Of a stretch of 64,000 nucleotides of DNA, positions 40,540-51,354 are shown piece by piece. Origin of the DNA: an uncultured Sulfuricurvum sp. (GTDB lineage: Bacteria > Campylobacterota > Campylobacteria > Campylobacterales > Sulfurimonadaceae); NCBI GenBank assembly GCA_964495485.1, contig CAZBVJ010000011.1:11328-75327 (forward strand), written 5' to 3'. Position 1 is the first letter of the stretch. Every line of letters starts with the position of its first letter. The notes under the pieces are model-generated. The model did no database searches, was not told the DNA's origin, and was given only the letters and a program-made list of their open reading frames with translations. Position numbers and translations under genes: made by a program.

Positions 40540-41691
40540 ATGAAAATTGCGATAGTAGAAGACGATATCAATATGCGCAAATCGCTTGAAATAGCGATGA
40601 GTGATTACCCCTCCTATGAAGTCCATACCTTTAAAAACCCCAAAGATGCCCTTAAAAAACTGGATGATTCTTTTGAACTCATTATAAGCGACATTAATAT
40701 GCCGGGGATGGATGGACTCGAATTTGTCAAAATACTCGGTGGAAAATATGAAGTCATTATTATCACCGGCAATGCAACCCTCACCCGCGCCATCGAATCG
40801 ATCCAGCTCGGGGTCAAAGATTTTCTCCTCAAGCCATTTGAAATCGAAACCCTTGTTGCAGCGATTGAACGGACGGCAACCGTTGTCAAAAAAACCGCTT
40901 CCATCGCCTCATCATCACCTGCAAACGGCTCATTTTTAGGGAGTTCTCCCGCTTTGGAAAAACTTCTATCCCGTACGGCAAAAGCAGCCTCTACCGATGC
41001 AAGCATCATGCTTTTAGGGGAAAGCGGAGTCGGGAAAGAGGTTTTCGCCCGTCATATTCACGACGCTTCACCCCGTTCATCCAAACCGTTTATCGCCATC
41101 AACATGGCAGCTATCCCTGATAATTTGATTGAGAGTGAACTCTTCGGTTTCGAAAAAGGTTCCTTCACCGATGCAACCGAATCCAAAGCGGGGCAGTTCG
41201 AACTCGCCGAGGGGGGAACACTCTTTTTGGATGAGATCGGGGAAATGCCCTATCCGCTTCAGGCCAAACTTCTCCGCGTTCTTCAAGAGAGAGAAATACG
41301 ACGTTTAGGCGCCTCTAAAAATACCAAAATCGACGTTCGTATCATCACGGCGACCAATGCCGATTTGGATCAAAAAATCAAAGAGGGGCACTTTCGCGAA
41401 GATCTCTATTATCGGCTTAACACGATCCCACTTCACATACCTCCGCTTCGTGAGCGGCGAGAAGAGATTCTCTCGATTGCCAATGCGGCGCTGGAGCGCT
41501 ATTGCACCCAATACGGGTTTGAACCCAAATCGTTCTCATCCAATGCATGTAACGCATTGGAACACTACAATTGGCCGGGTAATATCCGAGAACTTATCTC
41601 CGTTGTCGAACGTGCCGCTATTTTGAGTGACGGAGAGATCATCGAGACTGATGATCTCTTTTTGGAAGCGAGAGGATTAGGGAGAATTTAG
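40540..41691 (+). CDS. flgR: sigma54-dependent response regulator FlgR (no C-terminal HTH)
   Basis: Receiver domain plus GESGVGKE, ESELFG.EKGSFT, LFLDEIGE, WPGNIREL; ends shortly after the AAA+ domain. Confidence 0.9.
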   Translation: MKIAIVEDDINMRKSLEIAMSDYPSYEVHTFKNPKDALKKLDDSFELIISDINMPGMDGLEFVKILGGKYEVIIITGNATLTRAIESIQLGVKDFLLKPFEIETLVAAIERTATVVKKTASIASSSPANGSFLGSSPALEKLLSRTAKAASTDASIMLLGESGVGKEVFARHIHDASPRSSKPFIAINMAAIPDNLIESELFGFEKGSFTDATESKAGQFELAEGGTLFLDEIGEMPYPLQAKLLRVLQEREIRRLGASKNTKIDVRIITATNADLDQKIKEGHFREDLYYRLNTIPLHIPPLRERREEILSIANAALERYCTQYGFEPKSFSSNACNALEHYNWPGNIRELISVVERAAILSDGEIIETDDLFLEARGLGRI

Positions 41692-41759
41692 CACCTATTC
41701 GCTATAATCGCGGGAAAATATTCACGGGTGATACCCCTCACCCTCAAGGAAAGCTTCCT

Positions 41760-42788
41760 ATGAAACGTTATAACGTTGCGATCGTCGGCGCAAGCGGTGC
41801 CGTCGGAGAAGAAATTTTACGCATTTTCGAAGAGATCGATTTCCCACTCAACAAACTTGTCCCTTTGGCCAGCGCACGCAGTGCCGGAACCACCGTATCG
41901 TTTAATAATAAAGATTTGGTCATCAAAGAGTTGACTCCAACAGTATTCACCGAAGAGGAGATTGAGATTGCCCTTTTCAGCGCGGGGGGAAGTGTTTCGG
42001 CAGAGTTCGCCCCTTATGCCGCCGAAGCGGGAGCCGTCGTCATCGATAATACCAGCCATTTCCGTATGTTTCCGGATGTACCGTTGGTCGTTCCAGAAGT
42101 GAATCCCGAAGACATCGCTCAATGGAAAAATACGGGTATTATTGCCAATCCAAACTGTTCTACCATCCAAATGGTTCAAGCGCTCAAACCTCTTGATGAT
42201 GCCTATGATCTTCAGCGTATCGATGTCAGCACCTATCAAGCGACATCGGGTGCCGGAAAATCGGCGATGGAAGAGTTAGTTGAACAAATGCAGGCGTTTT
42301 TTGCGTTTAAACTCGACGAAGTAGAACCGAAAAAATTTGCCCACCGCATCGCTCTCAATGCTATCCCGCAAATCGACTCGTTCACCGACAGCGGATACAC
42401 CAAAGAAGAGCTCAAAATGGTGAACGAAACCCAAAAAATCATGCACAAAAATATCGAAGTGAGCGCAACATGTGTCCGTATTCCGACATTGCGCGGTCAT
42501 GCCGAGACCCTCACCCTCACATTTGACGGTGCCGTGGATGCCGATGAAGCACGTGAACTGCTCTCAAAAGCACCGAACATTATCGTTTTGGATGAACCGG
42601 AAAAAAGCATATATCCGATGCCATCGCTCTGTATGGATCAAAACGAAACCTTCGTAGGACGTATCCGTAACGATCTTTACCGTGAAAACGTACTTCACCT
42701 ATGGGTTGTTGCCGATAACCTCCGTGTCGGTGCGGCAACTAATGCCGTCCGCATCGCCCAAAAATGGGTAGAGATGCAAGGGGAGTAA
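41760..42788 (+). CDS. asd: Aspartate-semialdehyde dehydrogenase
   Basis: GASGAVG, IIANPNCST, DNLRVGAATNAV. Confidence 0.97.
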   Translation: MKRYNVAIVGASGAVGEEILRIFEEIDFPLNKLVPLASARSAGTTVSFNNKDLVIKELTPTVFTEEEIEIALFSAGGSVSAEFAPYAAEAGAVVIDNTSHFRMFPDVPLVVPEVNPEDIAQWKNTGIIANPNCSTIQMVQALKPLDDAYDLQRIDVSTYQATSGAGKSAMEELVEQMQAFFAFKLDEVEPKKFAHRIALNAIPQIDSFTDSGYTKEELKMVNETQKIMHKNIEVSATCVRIPTLRGHAETLTLTFDGAVDADEARELLSKAPNIIVLDEPEKSIYPMPSLCMDQNETFVGRIRNDLYRENVLHLWVVADNLRVGAATNAVRIAQKWVEMQGE

Positions 42789-42789
42789 G

Positions 42790-43317
42790 ATGAATTTCAT
42801 CGAAAAACTCTTCGAAAATTCTCTGTGGAGTACCCGTTTTATCATCATTCTCGCCGTGCTATTCGGTCTTGTAGGGGCATTTGTCCTCTTCGCCGTTGCG
42901 AGCGTCGATGTTTATAACACCGCAGCCTATGTGATTCAAACCTACGCTACACATCAACACCCTGAACACTTCCACGAAGAGATTGTTGGTGGAATCATCG
43001 GTGCTGTCGATCTCTATTTGATCGGTGTGGTTATGATCATCTTCTCATTCGGATTGTACGAACTTTTCATCTCCGATATCGATCCCGCCAAAGACGAAAA
43101 CGGCACAGAGAACCAGCTTCTCGCCGTCCATTCTCTTGATCAACTCAAAGATAAAATCTCCAAAGTTATCGTCATGGTTCTTGTCGTCGGCTTTTTCCAA
43201 AAAGTGGGACATACCGTATTTACGGGTGCATTGGAGCTTCTCTATCTTGCCCTCTCGATTACAGCGGTAGCGGTAGGACTCTACTTCTTGAGCAAAGTCG
43301 GTCATCACGACCATTAA
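42790..43317 (+). CDS. YqhA/UPF0114 membrane protein
   Basis: GAVDLYL..FSFGLYELFIS, SLDQLKDKI. Confidence 0.88.
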   Translation: MNFIEKLFENSLWSTRFIIILAVLFGLVGAFVLFAVASVDVYNTAAYVIQTYATHQHPEHFHEEIVGGIIGAVDLYLIGVVMIIFSFGLYELFISDIDPAKDENGTENQLLAVHSLDQLKDKISKVIVMVLVVGFFQKVGHTVFTGALELLYLALSITAVAVGLYFLSKVGHHDH

Positions 43318-43341
43318 CATATTATTATTTAGGATTCACAT

Positions 43342-44382
43342 ATGAGCAAAATTTTCGTTGATGCCTGCTTTGGCAAAGAGACCCCTTACACTCCGGTATG
43401 GATGATGCGCCAAGCGGGACGATATCTTCCTGAATATATGGAAGTTCGCAAGCGTGCCGGAAATTTCCTCAACCTTTGCCATGCCCCCGATATGGCGGCA
43501 GAAGTAACGATCCAACCGCTCGATCTCGTCGGCGTCGATGCGGCCATTTTGTTCAGCGATATTTTGGTCGTTCCGAACGAAATGGGGATGAAACTCGACT
43601 TCATCAAAGGTGAGGGGCCCGTGTTCGATCATCCGATCGCATCCGAAGAGGATTTGGATCAACTCATCGGTGGTGAGGAAGCGGCTTCCAAACTCACCTA
43701 CGTTTACGATACCATCAAAATTTTGAGAAAACAGCTGGATGAGCGGGGCGACAACAAAGCACTCATCGGTTTCACGGGAGCACCGTGGACTCTTGCGACC
43801 TACATGATCGAGGGGCAGGGGACCAAAACCTATAACATCTGTAAAAAGATGATGTATTCCAACCCTGAACTTCTACACAAAATCCTTCGCAAAGTGACCG
43901 AGGTAGTCAAACTCTATATGGAGAAACAGATACAAGCCGGTATCGACGTCGTCCAAATCTTCGATAGCTGGGCGGCAGCAATTGAGCCGAGCCGATACGA
44001 TGAGTTCTCGTGGAGCTATATGGTGGAAATTGCCGAGTATCTCAAAGGCAAATATCCTCATATTCCTGTCATCATGTTCCCAAAAGGGATTCCGGCATTT
44101 TTGGATAAAGTGTACGGAAATTTCGACGTATTCGGTGTCGATTGGAGCACTCCGATGGCATTAGCAAAAGAAAAATTAGGGAGTCGATACGTCCTCCAAG
44201 GAAACATGGAGCCATGCCGTTTGTACTCCAAAGAGCAAACCACCGCATGTGTTGAGGCGATCCAAGAGATTATGGGCGGTAAACGCCATATTTTCAACCT
44301 CGGGCACGGAATTCTCCCGGATGTTCCGGTTGAGAACGCACAACACTTTGTCCGCGAATGCCAAAGAGTCAGTAAAAAATAA
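43342..44382 (+). CDS. hemE: Uroporphyrinogen decarboxylase
   Basis: [32 protein letters not shown]. Confidence 0.98.
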   Translation: MSKIFVDACFGKETPYTPVWMMRQAGRYLPEYMEVRKRAGNFLNLCHAPDMAAEVTIQPLDLVGVDAAILFSDILVVPNEMGMKLDFIKGEGPVFDHPIASEEDLDQLIGGEEAASKLTYVYDTIKILRKQLDERGDNKALIGFTGAPWTLATYMIEGQGTKTYNICKKMMYSNPELLHKILRKVTEVVKLYMEKQIQAGIDVVQIFDSWAAAIEPSRYDEFSWSYMVEIAEYLKGKYPHIPVIMFPKGIPAFLDKVYGNFDVFGVDWSTPMALAKEKLGSRYVLQGNMEPCRLYSKEQTTACVEAIQEIMGGKRHIFNLGHGILPDVPVENAQHFVRECQRVSKK

Positions 44383-45320
44383 TGTCCACTATCTTCGGTC
44401 CCGTCTTTTCCCGCCGTTTCGGTGCGTCTCTCGGGATCGATCTCTCCTCATCCGCTAAACAATGCAACTTTGACTGTCTCTACTGCGAACTCGCCCCTGC
44501 CCCAGCAATGGCACACCAGCACACGATCACTCCGGTAGAGACGATCATCACTGATTTAAAAGAAGCACTCGCTAAACACCCCTCTATTGATGTGATCACC
44601 CTCACTGCTAACGGTGAACCGACAATGTACCCGCATCTCGATACCCTAGTTGAAAAGATAAACGGGATTAAAGGGACAATTGCGACGCTGATCCTCTCCA
44701 ATAGTGCTTGTTTGAGTGATCCAAACGTTTTCAATACTCTTTTAAAACTCGATCAGGTAAAACTCTCACTCGATGCCGCAACCCCAGATGTATTCAACAA
44801 AATAGATCGCCCTGCCAAAGGGATAGAGATCGAAACCATCATTGAAAGTATCCACCGTTTTTCTGAGGTGTTTCAAGGGAAGCTGTTTATAGAGATTTTG
44901 TTCGTCCAAGGGGTAAATGACTCAGAGTCTGAAATAGAGGCCCTTGAGCGCGCCCTACTCGGTCTCCACTGTACAAGGATCGATATCGGTACGATTGATC
45001 GTCCCCCGGCCTACGCCGTAAAAGGGCTCACCTTTCAAGAACTCTATGAGATCGCGCACCATTTTGATCCACACTTACCCATCCATATCGTTTCACGTAC
45101 ACACGCCCAAGCGGCTCCAAGCAGCTACAGTGATGATGAGATACTCTCTACCCTCGACAAGCGTCCTTTAACGATGGAAGATATTGACGCATTGTTTGAT
45201 CCGGACTCCAAAAAACGGTTTAATCGCCTATGTGATGAAGGGAAAATTGCTCAAATGGAGCGCTCAAACATCCACTTTTTTGTTCCAACTCAAAATATTG
45301 GTCGAAAACGCTCAAAATAA
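44382..45320 (+). CDS. Radical SAM protein
   Basis: FGPV.SRRFG.SLGIDL, CNFDCLYC, NGEPT. Confidence 0.9.
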   Translation: MSTIFGPVFSRRFGASLGIDLSSSAKQCNFDCLYCELAPAPAMAHQHTITPVETIITDLKEALAKHPSIDVITLTANGEPTMYPHLDTLVEKINGIKGTIATLILSNSACLSDPNVFNTLLKLDQVKLSLDAATPDVFNKIDRPAKGIEIETIIESIHRFSEVFQGKLFIEILFVQGVNDSESEIEALERALLGLHCTRIDIGTIDRPPAYAVKGLTFQELYEIAHHFDPHLPIHIVSRTHAQAAPSSYSDDEILSTLDKRPLTMEDIDALFDPDSKKRFNRLCDEGKIAQMERSNIHFFVPTQNIGRKRSK

Positions 45321-45331
45321 GCTCATTTTTA

Positions 45332-45360
45332 TTGACATTCGCCCCTTCATAACGTATAAT
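45332..45360 (+). promoter_or_regulatory. Consensus sigma70 promoter for the tRNA-Asn pair
   Basis: TTGACA (45332-37)-17 bp-TATAAT (45355-60). Confidence 0.85.
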
Positions 45361-45377
45361 TACGCCCTCATAAACAT

Positions 45378-45452
<75 letters not shown>

Positions 45453-45480
45453 TTTATGATTTTTTTTCTTCTTTTACTGT

Positions 45481-45555
<75 letters not shown>

Positions 45556-45682
45556 CCCTTTATAAACCCCTAAAATAGTCACATTTAAATGAAAAACTTT
45601 CAAAATTGTGCCCACTGTGTCCAAAAATAATCAAATTTTCAATTTAATACATCTTTGATAGGTTTACCTGTAAGATAGCTCT

Positions 45683-46702
45683 ATGGAAAAAACTTATGAA
45701 CATCAGAGCGTATCGGAAGCAGATTTCACACTTAACAATATTCTTGATATCTCCAATCAAGGATTTTGGGATTGGAATGCAATAACTGGCCATGTTCAGC
45801 GAAGTCCGGCGTGGTTTCGTATGCTTGGATATGATATTAATATTTTCAAAAATGACGTTTTTACATGGGAAAATGTTATTCACCCTGATGATTATGAACG
45901 AGTTATGAAACATTTTGAAGATTATATTAATGACAGAGTATCTGAATACAAAATTGAATATCGATGTAAAAAATATGATGATACTTATCTTTGGATTCAA
46001 GATACTGGCAAAGTTGTTCAAAGAATAGATGGGAATGTAGCTCGTATGATTGGAGCTCATACCAATATTGATGAAGAAAAACTATCCAAGGAAATGTTGC
46101 TTCAACAGAACAAAATGTTACTTAGTAACAATATAACCCTTGATAGCTTGGTGAAAGAACGTACTGAAGAATTGACAATCATTAATAAAAAGCTTCAAGA
46201 GCAAATCAATCAAGTACAAATGCTCGCATCACATGATGCACTTACGGGTTTATACAATCGAGGCAGTTTTCAAAAATTATTTGAGAAGGAAATGCATCGC
46301 TCCAAGCGTTATGCCTATCCTTTGAGTGCTGTATTGTTTGATATTGATGACTTTAAAAAAATCAATGATACTTATGGTCATTTAATTGGCGATGAAGTTC
46401 TAATCGGAATCTCTATATTAGTTTCAAAAATTATTCGCGATAGTGATATTGTAGCACGATGGGGTGGAGAAGAATTTATTATTATTTTTCCAGAATGTGA
46501 TCTAGAGAGTTCAAAAGCAAAGGCTGAAACCATTCGAGAAGCAATTGCAAATGAACTATTTCCAAGTTCAGTACATGTGACGTGTAGTTTTGGAGTTACA
46601 ACCTATTTGAAACAAGATACTGCTGATAGCCTTTTTATCCGATGTGATAATGCACTTTACAAAGCAAAAGCAAATGGAAAAAATAATGTTTACACTCTTT
46701 AA
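45683..46702 (+). CDS. PAS-GGDEF diguanylate cyclase
   Basis: PAS_3 (GFWDWN, W..IHPDD, EYR, RMIG.HTNI); HDALTGLYNR, DIDDFKKIND, RWGGEEF. Confidence 0.93.
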   Translation: MEKTYEHQSVSEADFTLNNILDISNQGFWDWNAITGHVQRSPAWFRMLGYDINIFKNDVFTWENVIHPDDYERVMKHFEDYINDRVSEYKIEYRCKKYDDTYLWIQDTGKVVQRIDGNVARMIGAHTNIDEEKLSKEMLLQQNKMLLSNNITLDSLVKERTEELTIINKKLQEQINQVQMLASHDALTGLYNRGSFQKLFEKEMHRSKRYAYPLSAVLFDIDDFKKINDTYGHLIGDEVLIGISILVSKIIRDSDIVARWGGEEFIIIFPECDLESSKAKAETIREAIANELFPSSVHVTCSFGVTTYLKQDTADSLFIRCDNALYKAKANGKNNVYTL

Positions 46703-46713
46703 TCACCTATTCA

Positions 46714-46723
46714 AGCCACCCTT
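46714..46723 (+). repeat. Direct repeat of the tRNA-Asn 3' end (att-like)
   Basis: AGCCACCCTT also occurs at 45551-45560; both copies have ATTC 1-2 nt upstream. Confidence 0.5.
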
Positions 46724-46724
46724 C

Positions 46725-48785
46725 TTAAAACCTTTTTTCATACGTCATTAGCCAATTTCGGCCTTCGCGATGTATTCCATTATGTTTAACATCATAAGAT
46801 GGATAAATGACCGATTCTTTGAACAAATTTTTTATACTAAGTGTCATACTGGACGTATTATCAATCTCATACACAATTGTCTCATCGACTACCATCGTAG
46901 CACCGTACGTTTCAGTTTGCCCATTTTGACGAATATATCCTTTTTTCGGACCACTGTAATACCAAGCTGTATTGAAATTCACATTCTCTGTAATCGGTAA
47001 TAAAAAATATCCCTTACTCAATATTTCAGATACTTCAGGGCTAGTATATTCTACTGGAGTAAAATAATCAGGTGAAAAATATTGGGTGCGTACATAGGAC
47101 AAATTATTCATCCATTCGGCACCGTTACCGAATCGATAGAGATATTCGAGTTCTATCCCCTTGGCATCACGTTTTTTATGGTTCATATAGTCATAAATAA
47201 AACCGGGTGGTTCATTTTCGACCCTGTCAATCACATCATTCATTATTGAGTAGAATAAATTACCTCGAAACGTTGCGACATCATTTTTATAGGTATAGGC
47301 TGCCTCATAAGTATCAATCCGTTCAGGGCTTAATGCCGGATTTCCATTTTTAAATCCATCTTGAGGAGCCTGAAATGCTTCAACATAAGCTGGGGAACGA
47401 TAAGAACGACCATACACTGCTTTTAAAACATTATGTTCATCAAGTCGATACACACTTCCTAAACGATAACTCAACATATTTCCGAATAACTGAGAATCAT
47501 CCGCTCTCACATTAAATGAAATATCCCAATAATCGTTTAGGTTCATAATATCTTGCATATAAACCGATTTAGTCCACTGATCATTATCTCCGGCCAACCA
47601 CCCGTATTGACCTTCCAAATAAACAAGAGTGTCACTGTAAATGACTGGACCACCCGTATCTTGATCACGAATCGTTGTTCCAAAAATATTTTTGATCGTA
47701 TCAATTTTTTGAGCACTTACCCCGACCATCCAGTAATGATCCTCGATATTCTCCCCTCTCAGATTCATTTCGGCATACGTATTTAATTGCTCGTATGTCG
47801 GATTAATACGCATTCTAATACCAAATCCTCCGTAGTTTTCATATACCGTTGAATCAAATGTAAAAGCGTAATAATTCAATCCGATTTTTGATTCTAAACT
47901 CAAATCACCCGCTACATTAGAGGTATTCCGTACTTCAAAAACACCACTTTGATTCTTCTGATATCCACCGCTTACCGGTTCCAAATCTTCACTCAATCCG
48001 TAGAAGTTATCGGTTGTTTCCGATTTGAAACGGGCAAGGATCTTCCACTCATCGTTTTGAATATTTACCCCAATTGAAAAGTCAGAAAAACTTTCCAAAC
48101 TATTATAATCGGAACGTAAATAGTCAGCCTCTCTTGAAGAGACAAACTCTTTTCCGGCAGGGAGCGTTTTATTGTTCGCCTGATAATAACTGTCAATTCC
48201 GATATTCCAGTCTCCGGCGCGAATATGTTTGACAAATCCCCCTTTCCCGTATTCATAGCTGCCGACTGAGGCAAAAATTTTATCCTCTTCGCCACTGATT
48301 GAACTTTTGGTAATGACATTAATCGCACCGCTAAACGCACCTGGACCGTAAACGGTCGAAGCCGAACCGCGCAATACCTCGATCCGATCGATCAGCTCCA
48401 CCGGAAAATCGAGATAATAATAACTTGTGCTGTACAAATCGCTCCCAATATCGACTCCGTCAATATAGAGTTTATATTTATCAAACACAAACGTATCGGG
48501 ATTATAAGCGCCTCGGATAATGACCTGTTTCCATCCGGTATGAAGTATCGAAGTTTCTACCCCCGGCAACAGCCCAAGCGCCTCGTGCAAATTGCGTATC
48601 CCAATTTTTTTGAGTTTGTCGGCATTTATAACGGAAACAGTAGAGGGTTGATAATCGATATTGAGTTTGGTTTTGGTGGCAATTTCACTCACTTCATCCA
48701 ATAATGAAGAAATATCTTTTTCTTCAGCATTGAGCGAATTTGTTGCCAACAATAACGCAATCAAAATGGCCGAATATCCACGCAT
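46725..48785 (-). CDS. TonB-dependent outer-membrane receptor
   Basis: Signal peptide; plug motif IDRIEVLRGSASTVYGPGAFSGAINVIT; C-terminal YEKRF. Confidence 0.92.
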   Translation of the reverse strand: MRGYSAILIALLLATNSLNAEEKDISSLLDEVSEIATKTKLNIDYQPSTVSVINADKLKKIGIRNLHEALGLLPGVETSILHTGWKQVIIRGAYNPDTFVFDKYKLYIDGVDIGSDLYSTSYYYLDFPVELIDRIEVLRGSASTVYGPGAFSGAINVITKSSISGEEDKIFASVGSYEYGKGGFVKHIRAGDWNIGIDSYYQANNKTLPAGKEFVSSREADYLRSDYNSLESFSDFSIGVNIQNDEWKILARFKSETTDNFYGLSEDLEPVSGGYQKNQSGVFEVRNTSNVAGDLSLESKIGLNYYAFTFDSTVYENYGGFGIRMRINPTYEQLNTYAEMNLRGENIEDHYWMVGVSAQKIDTIKNIFGTTIRDQDTGGPVIYSDTLVYLEGQYGWLAGDNDQWTKSVYMQDIMNLNDYWDISFNVRADDSQLFGNMLSYRLGSVYRLDEHNVLKAVYGRSYRSPAYVEAFQAPQDGFKNGNPALSPERIDTYEAAYTYKNDVATFRGNLFYSIMNDVIDRVENEPPGFIYDYMNHKKRDAKGIELEYLYRFGNGAEWMNNLSYVRTQYFSPDYFTPVEYTSPEVSEILSKGYFLLPITENVNFNTAWYYSGPKKGYIRQNGQTETYGATMVVDETIVYEIDNTSSMTLSIKNLFKESVIYPSYDVKHNGIHREGRNWLMTYEKRF

Positions 48786-48893
48786 TCAACTCTCCAAACA
48801 CTTAATCAATGCTACATTGTACCAAACTTTAAAGAAGTATTAACAAAAACTTATATAATATTGATTTATGTTATTCGGTATTGGATTATACTT

Positions 48894-50315
48894 ATGAACT
48901 CATTGATAGGCAAATTTGCCATCACATTTTGGCTTCTTTTCATCGCGGTTATCGCACCGATGGTGATTTTTAATCATATCAACTACTCTGATGTATTGGA
49001 ATCGGAAGAACATTCTAAAATCCAACTGGTGACCGAGACCCTACACCCTATGATCGAAACCTATCTCAGTTTTGAACAAGATGAGCTCCTCAGCGAAACA
49101 TTGGATATCTTTTTTCGGAATCGAAGTATCATCAGTGTTATCTTAACCGATATTTATGAGAAACCGCTCTATGAAAAGCATCGCTCATCTTCGGATACAA
49201 AAGGGTTAGTCACACTATCCAAAAGAGTGCAAGACCCGATTACCAAAAAGCCTTTGGGGACACTCTATATCCGCTATTCCAATGCTCATTCTCAAGAGTT
49301 AACCAATAAACTTTTCGATCGATTGGTTCTCCTCTCTCTGTTCGCCTTAATGCTTTTCTCGTTTGCCTTTCTCTACTTTCGAAAACAGTTCTTTGTACTG
49401 ACACAAATATCGGAATGGATAGGGGGATATTCATTTGACAAGACGACAAAGCCTTTCAAATACAGTAACCACAATCGTGAGATTCAAACCATAATCTCCT
49501 CAGCCAACAAAATGCTCGGAACCATCGAAAACTATAAAGAGCAAATGGAACATATCAATGCCAAACTCGAACAACGTATCGAAATCGAAGTTGCCCAACG
49601 ACGTCAAAAAGAGCAACTGCTGATACACCAGTCCAGACTTGCCGCCATGGGAGAGATGATCGAGAACATTGCCCATCAATGGCGACAACCTCTCAATGTC
49701 ATCGGATTGGCAATGAGCAATATCGATATGAAACGTCAGCTCGGAATTCTAGATGATGCGGAACTTCAAAATAACAGCGAAATAATAACGACCAATATCA
49801 CCTTTATGTCCAATACGATTGACGATTTCCGCAATTTTTTCAATCTCAATAAAGAACAAGTCGCTTTTAAGCCAATCAAACCGATCAGCGATATTTTTCA
49901 CCTCTTGAGTGAACAGCTCCATTATGCCAAAATCACCTACGCCGTGCACAACAACTGTGATGAAGAGATATATGGCGTTGTCAATGAATTCAAACAGGTG
50001 ATTCTTAACATCATCAACAATGCTAAAGATGCTATCATTACCCAAGAGGGGGGTGGGAAAATCGATGTTCATTTACGATGCGGAAAAAAACATCTCTTTA
50101 TCGATATTTCCGATACCGGAGGGGGAATTAACGCAGAGGTCATAACACGGATTTTTGAGCCCTATTTTACGACCAAATTTCAAAAACAGGGAACCGGAAT
50201 CGGACTCTATATGTCGAAAGTGATCATCGAACAACATTTCGGAGGGAAAATTAGCGTTTCCAATGATGAATTTGGTGCTGTATTTACGATTCAACTCCCA
50301 TTGAGACGATCATGA
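48894..50315 (+). CDS. Sensor histidine kinase with periplasmic domain
   Basis: Two TMs; QSRLAAMGEMIENIAHQWRQPL, NIINNAKDA, DTGGG, GTGIGLY. Confidence 0.93.
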   Translation: MNSLIGKFAITFWLLFIAVIAPMVIFNHINYSDVLESEEHSKIQLVTETLHPMIETYLSFEQDELLSETLDIFFRNRSIISVILTDIYEKPLYEKHRSSSDTKGLVTLSKRVQDPITKKPLGTLYIRYSNAHSQELTNKLFDRLVLLSLFALMLFSFAFLYFRKQFFVLTQISEWIGGYSFDKTTKPFKYSNHNREIQTIISSANKMLGTIENYKEQMEHINAKLEQRIEIEVAQRRQKEQLLIHQSRLAAMGEMIENIAHQWRQPLNVIGLAMSNIDMKRQLGILDDAELQNNSEIITTNITFMSNTIDDFRNFFNLNKEQVAFKPIKPISDIFHLLSEQLHYAKITYAVHNNCDEEIYGVVNEFKQVILNIINNAKDAIITQEGGGKIDVHLRCGKKHLFIDISDTGGGINAEVITRIFEPYFTTKFQKQGTGIGLYMSKVIIEQHFGGKISVSNDEFGAVFTIQLPLRRS

Positions 50316-50851
50316 AAAAACTGATTATCGTGTTATCATTTCTGATCCCTATAACCTTATTTGGAGGGTACTACGACACTTCGCTACTCCAAATCGGTGC
50401 AAAACTTTTTCCAAAAATCATATTTATCGAAAAAGGGACACTGGAGAGGATTCAAACATCGATCCATTTGGTAGTAGTAGCATCTTCTCAATATCAGGAG
50501 AATGGACGAAGCTTTTCAAAAATGCTCCAAACCCAATACCCCGAGGGGATCAATAACTATCCGATTCGTATCACACTAGCTACACCCAAAGAAGCTTTAC
50601 AAATAAAAAATGTTCATGCTTTTGTTTTGATGATGCCGCCCGAAGATCCCCAAACCCATTCAATTATCGCACACTCCTCTGAAAACAAAATTCTCACATT
50701 CTGTTTCGATCAAGCACTCTTGAAAAGCGGCGTTCTTCTCTCTCTACACATCGGCAAAAGCGTTAAACCCTACCTAAATATTACCACACTGAAAGAGGGA
50801 GGATATACCTTTGAGTATAGTTTTATCAAACTCTCTACCCTTTATGAATAA
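50312..50851 (+). CDS. Secreted YfiR/HmsC-like protein
   Basis: Signal peptide, about 180 aa, C-terminal G..LSL....VKPYLN...K.GY.F...IKL pattern; ATGA-coupled to the kinase. Confidence 0.55.
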   Translation: MKKLIIVLSFLIPITLFGGYYDTSLLQIGAKLFPKIIFIEKGTLERIQTSIHLVVVASSQYQENGRSFSKMLQTQYPEGINNYPIRITLATPKEALQIKNVHAFVLMMPPEDPQTHSIIAHSSENKILTFCFDQALLKSGVLLSLHIGKSVKPYLNITTLKEGGYTFEYSFIKLSTLYE

Positions 50852-50866
50852 CTGATTCAGAAGACT

Positions 50867-51268
50867 TTAGCCACCGATTTTATTCGTTTCCGGATCATAA
50901 TGGTCACACGAATAGCTGCGGAATCCATTAACCATGCGGATTATATTTTTAATCGGAGTGGGGTTAAAGAGCCGACGGATATTATGGTTATTGACACAAT
51001 CTTCGCACCGTTTCACCACACAATGGATCGCGATACTCACCACTAAAACCCCCTGCATTGAATCGATTGAGAGGATGTGATCGATACACTGCTGACCGTT
51101 TTCAATACCGTGATCGATGATCACTACATCGTATTTGTCTTTTTCGTAAGCAATAAATAGCTCACCCAATGTTGTTGCCGTATCTATCCCCTCTCCAAAT
51201 GCCTCTTCAAGTAACATCTTTCGAGTTTGGAGTTGAAATCCGCTATGATCAATCATTAATATTTTCAT
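50867..51268 (-). CDS. Atypical single-domain receiver protein with Cys-rich second half
   Basis: MKILMIDH, YDVVIIDHG; HC..KRCEDC and a later SCDHY. Confidence 0.7.
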   Translation of the reverse strand: MKILMIDHSGFQLQTRKMLLEEAFGEGIDTATTLGELFIAYEKDKYDVVIIDHGIENGQQCIDHILSIDSMQGVLVVSIAIHCVVKRCEDCVNNHNIRRLFNPTPIKNIIRMVNGFRSYSCDHYDPETNKIGG

Positions 51269-51354
51269 AAATGAAATTATTGCTAAAAGAACTTAAACAT
51301 AACAATCAATAAATAAAAATTTAGTTATAATTTTAAAAAATTTGATTATGGAAA

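Noticed and set aside
40540..41691. FlgR missing its DNA-binding HTH, possible pseudogene
   Set aside because: An HTH-less FlgR is already known in Helicobacter pylori, so this is neither truncation nor novelty.
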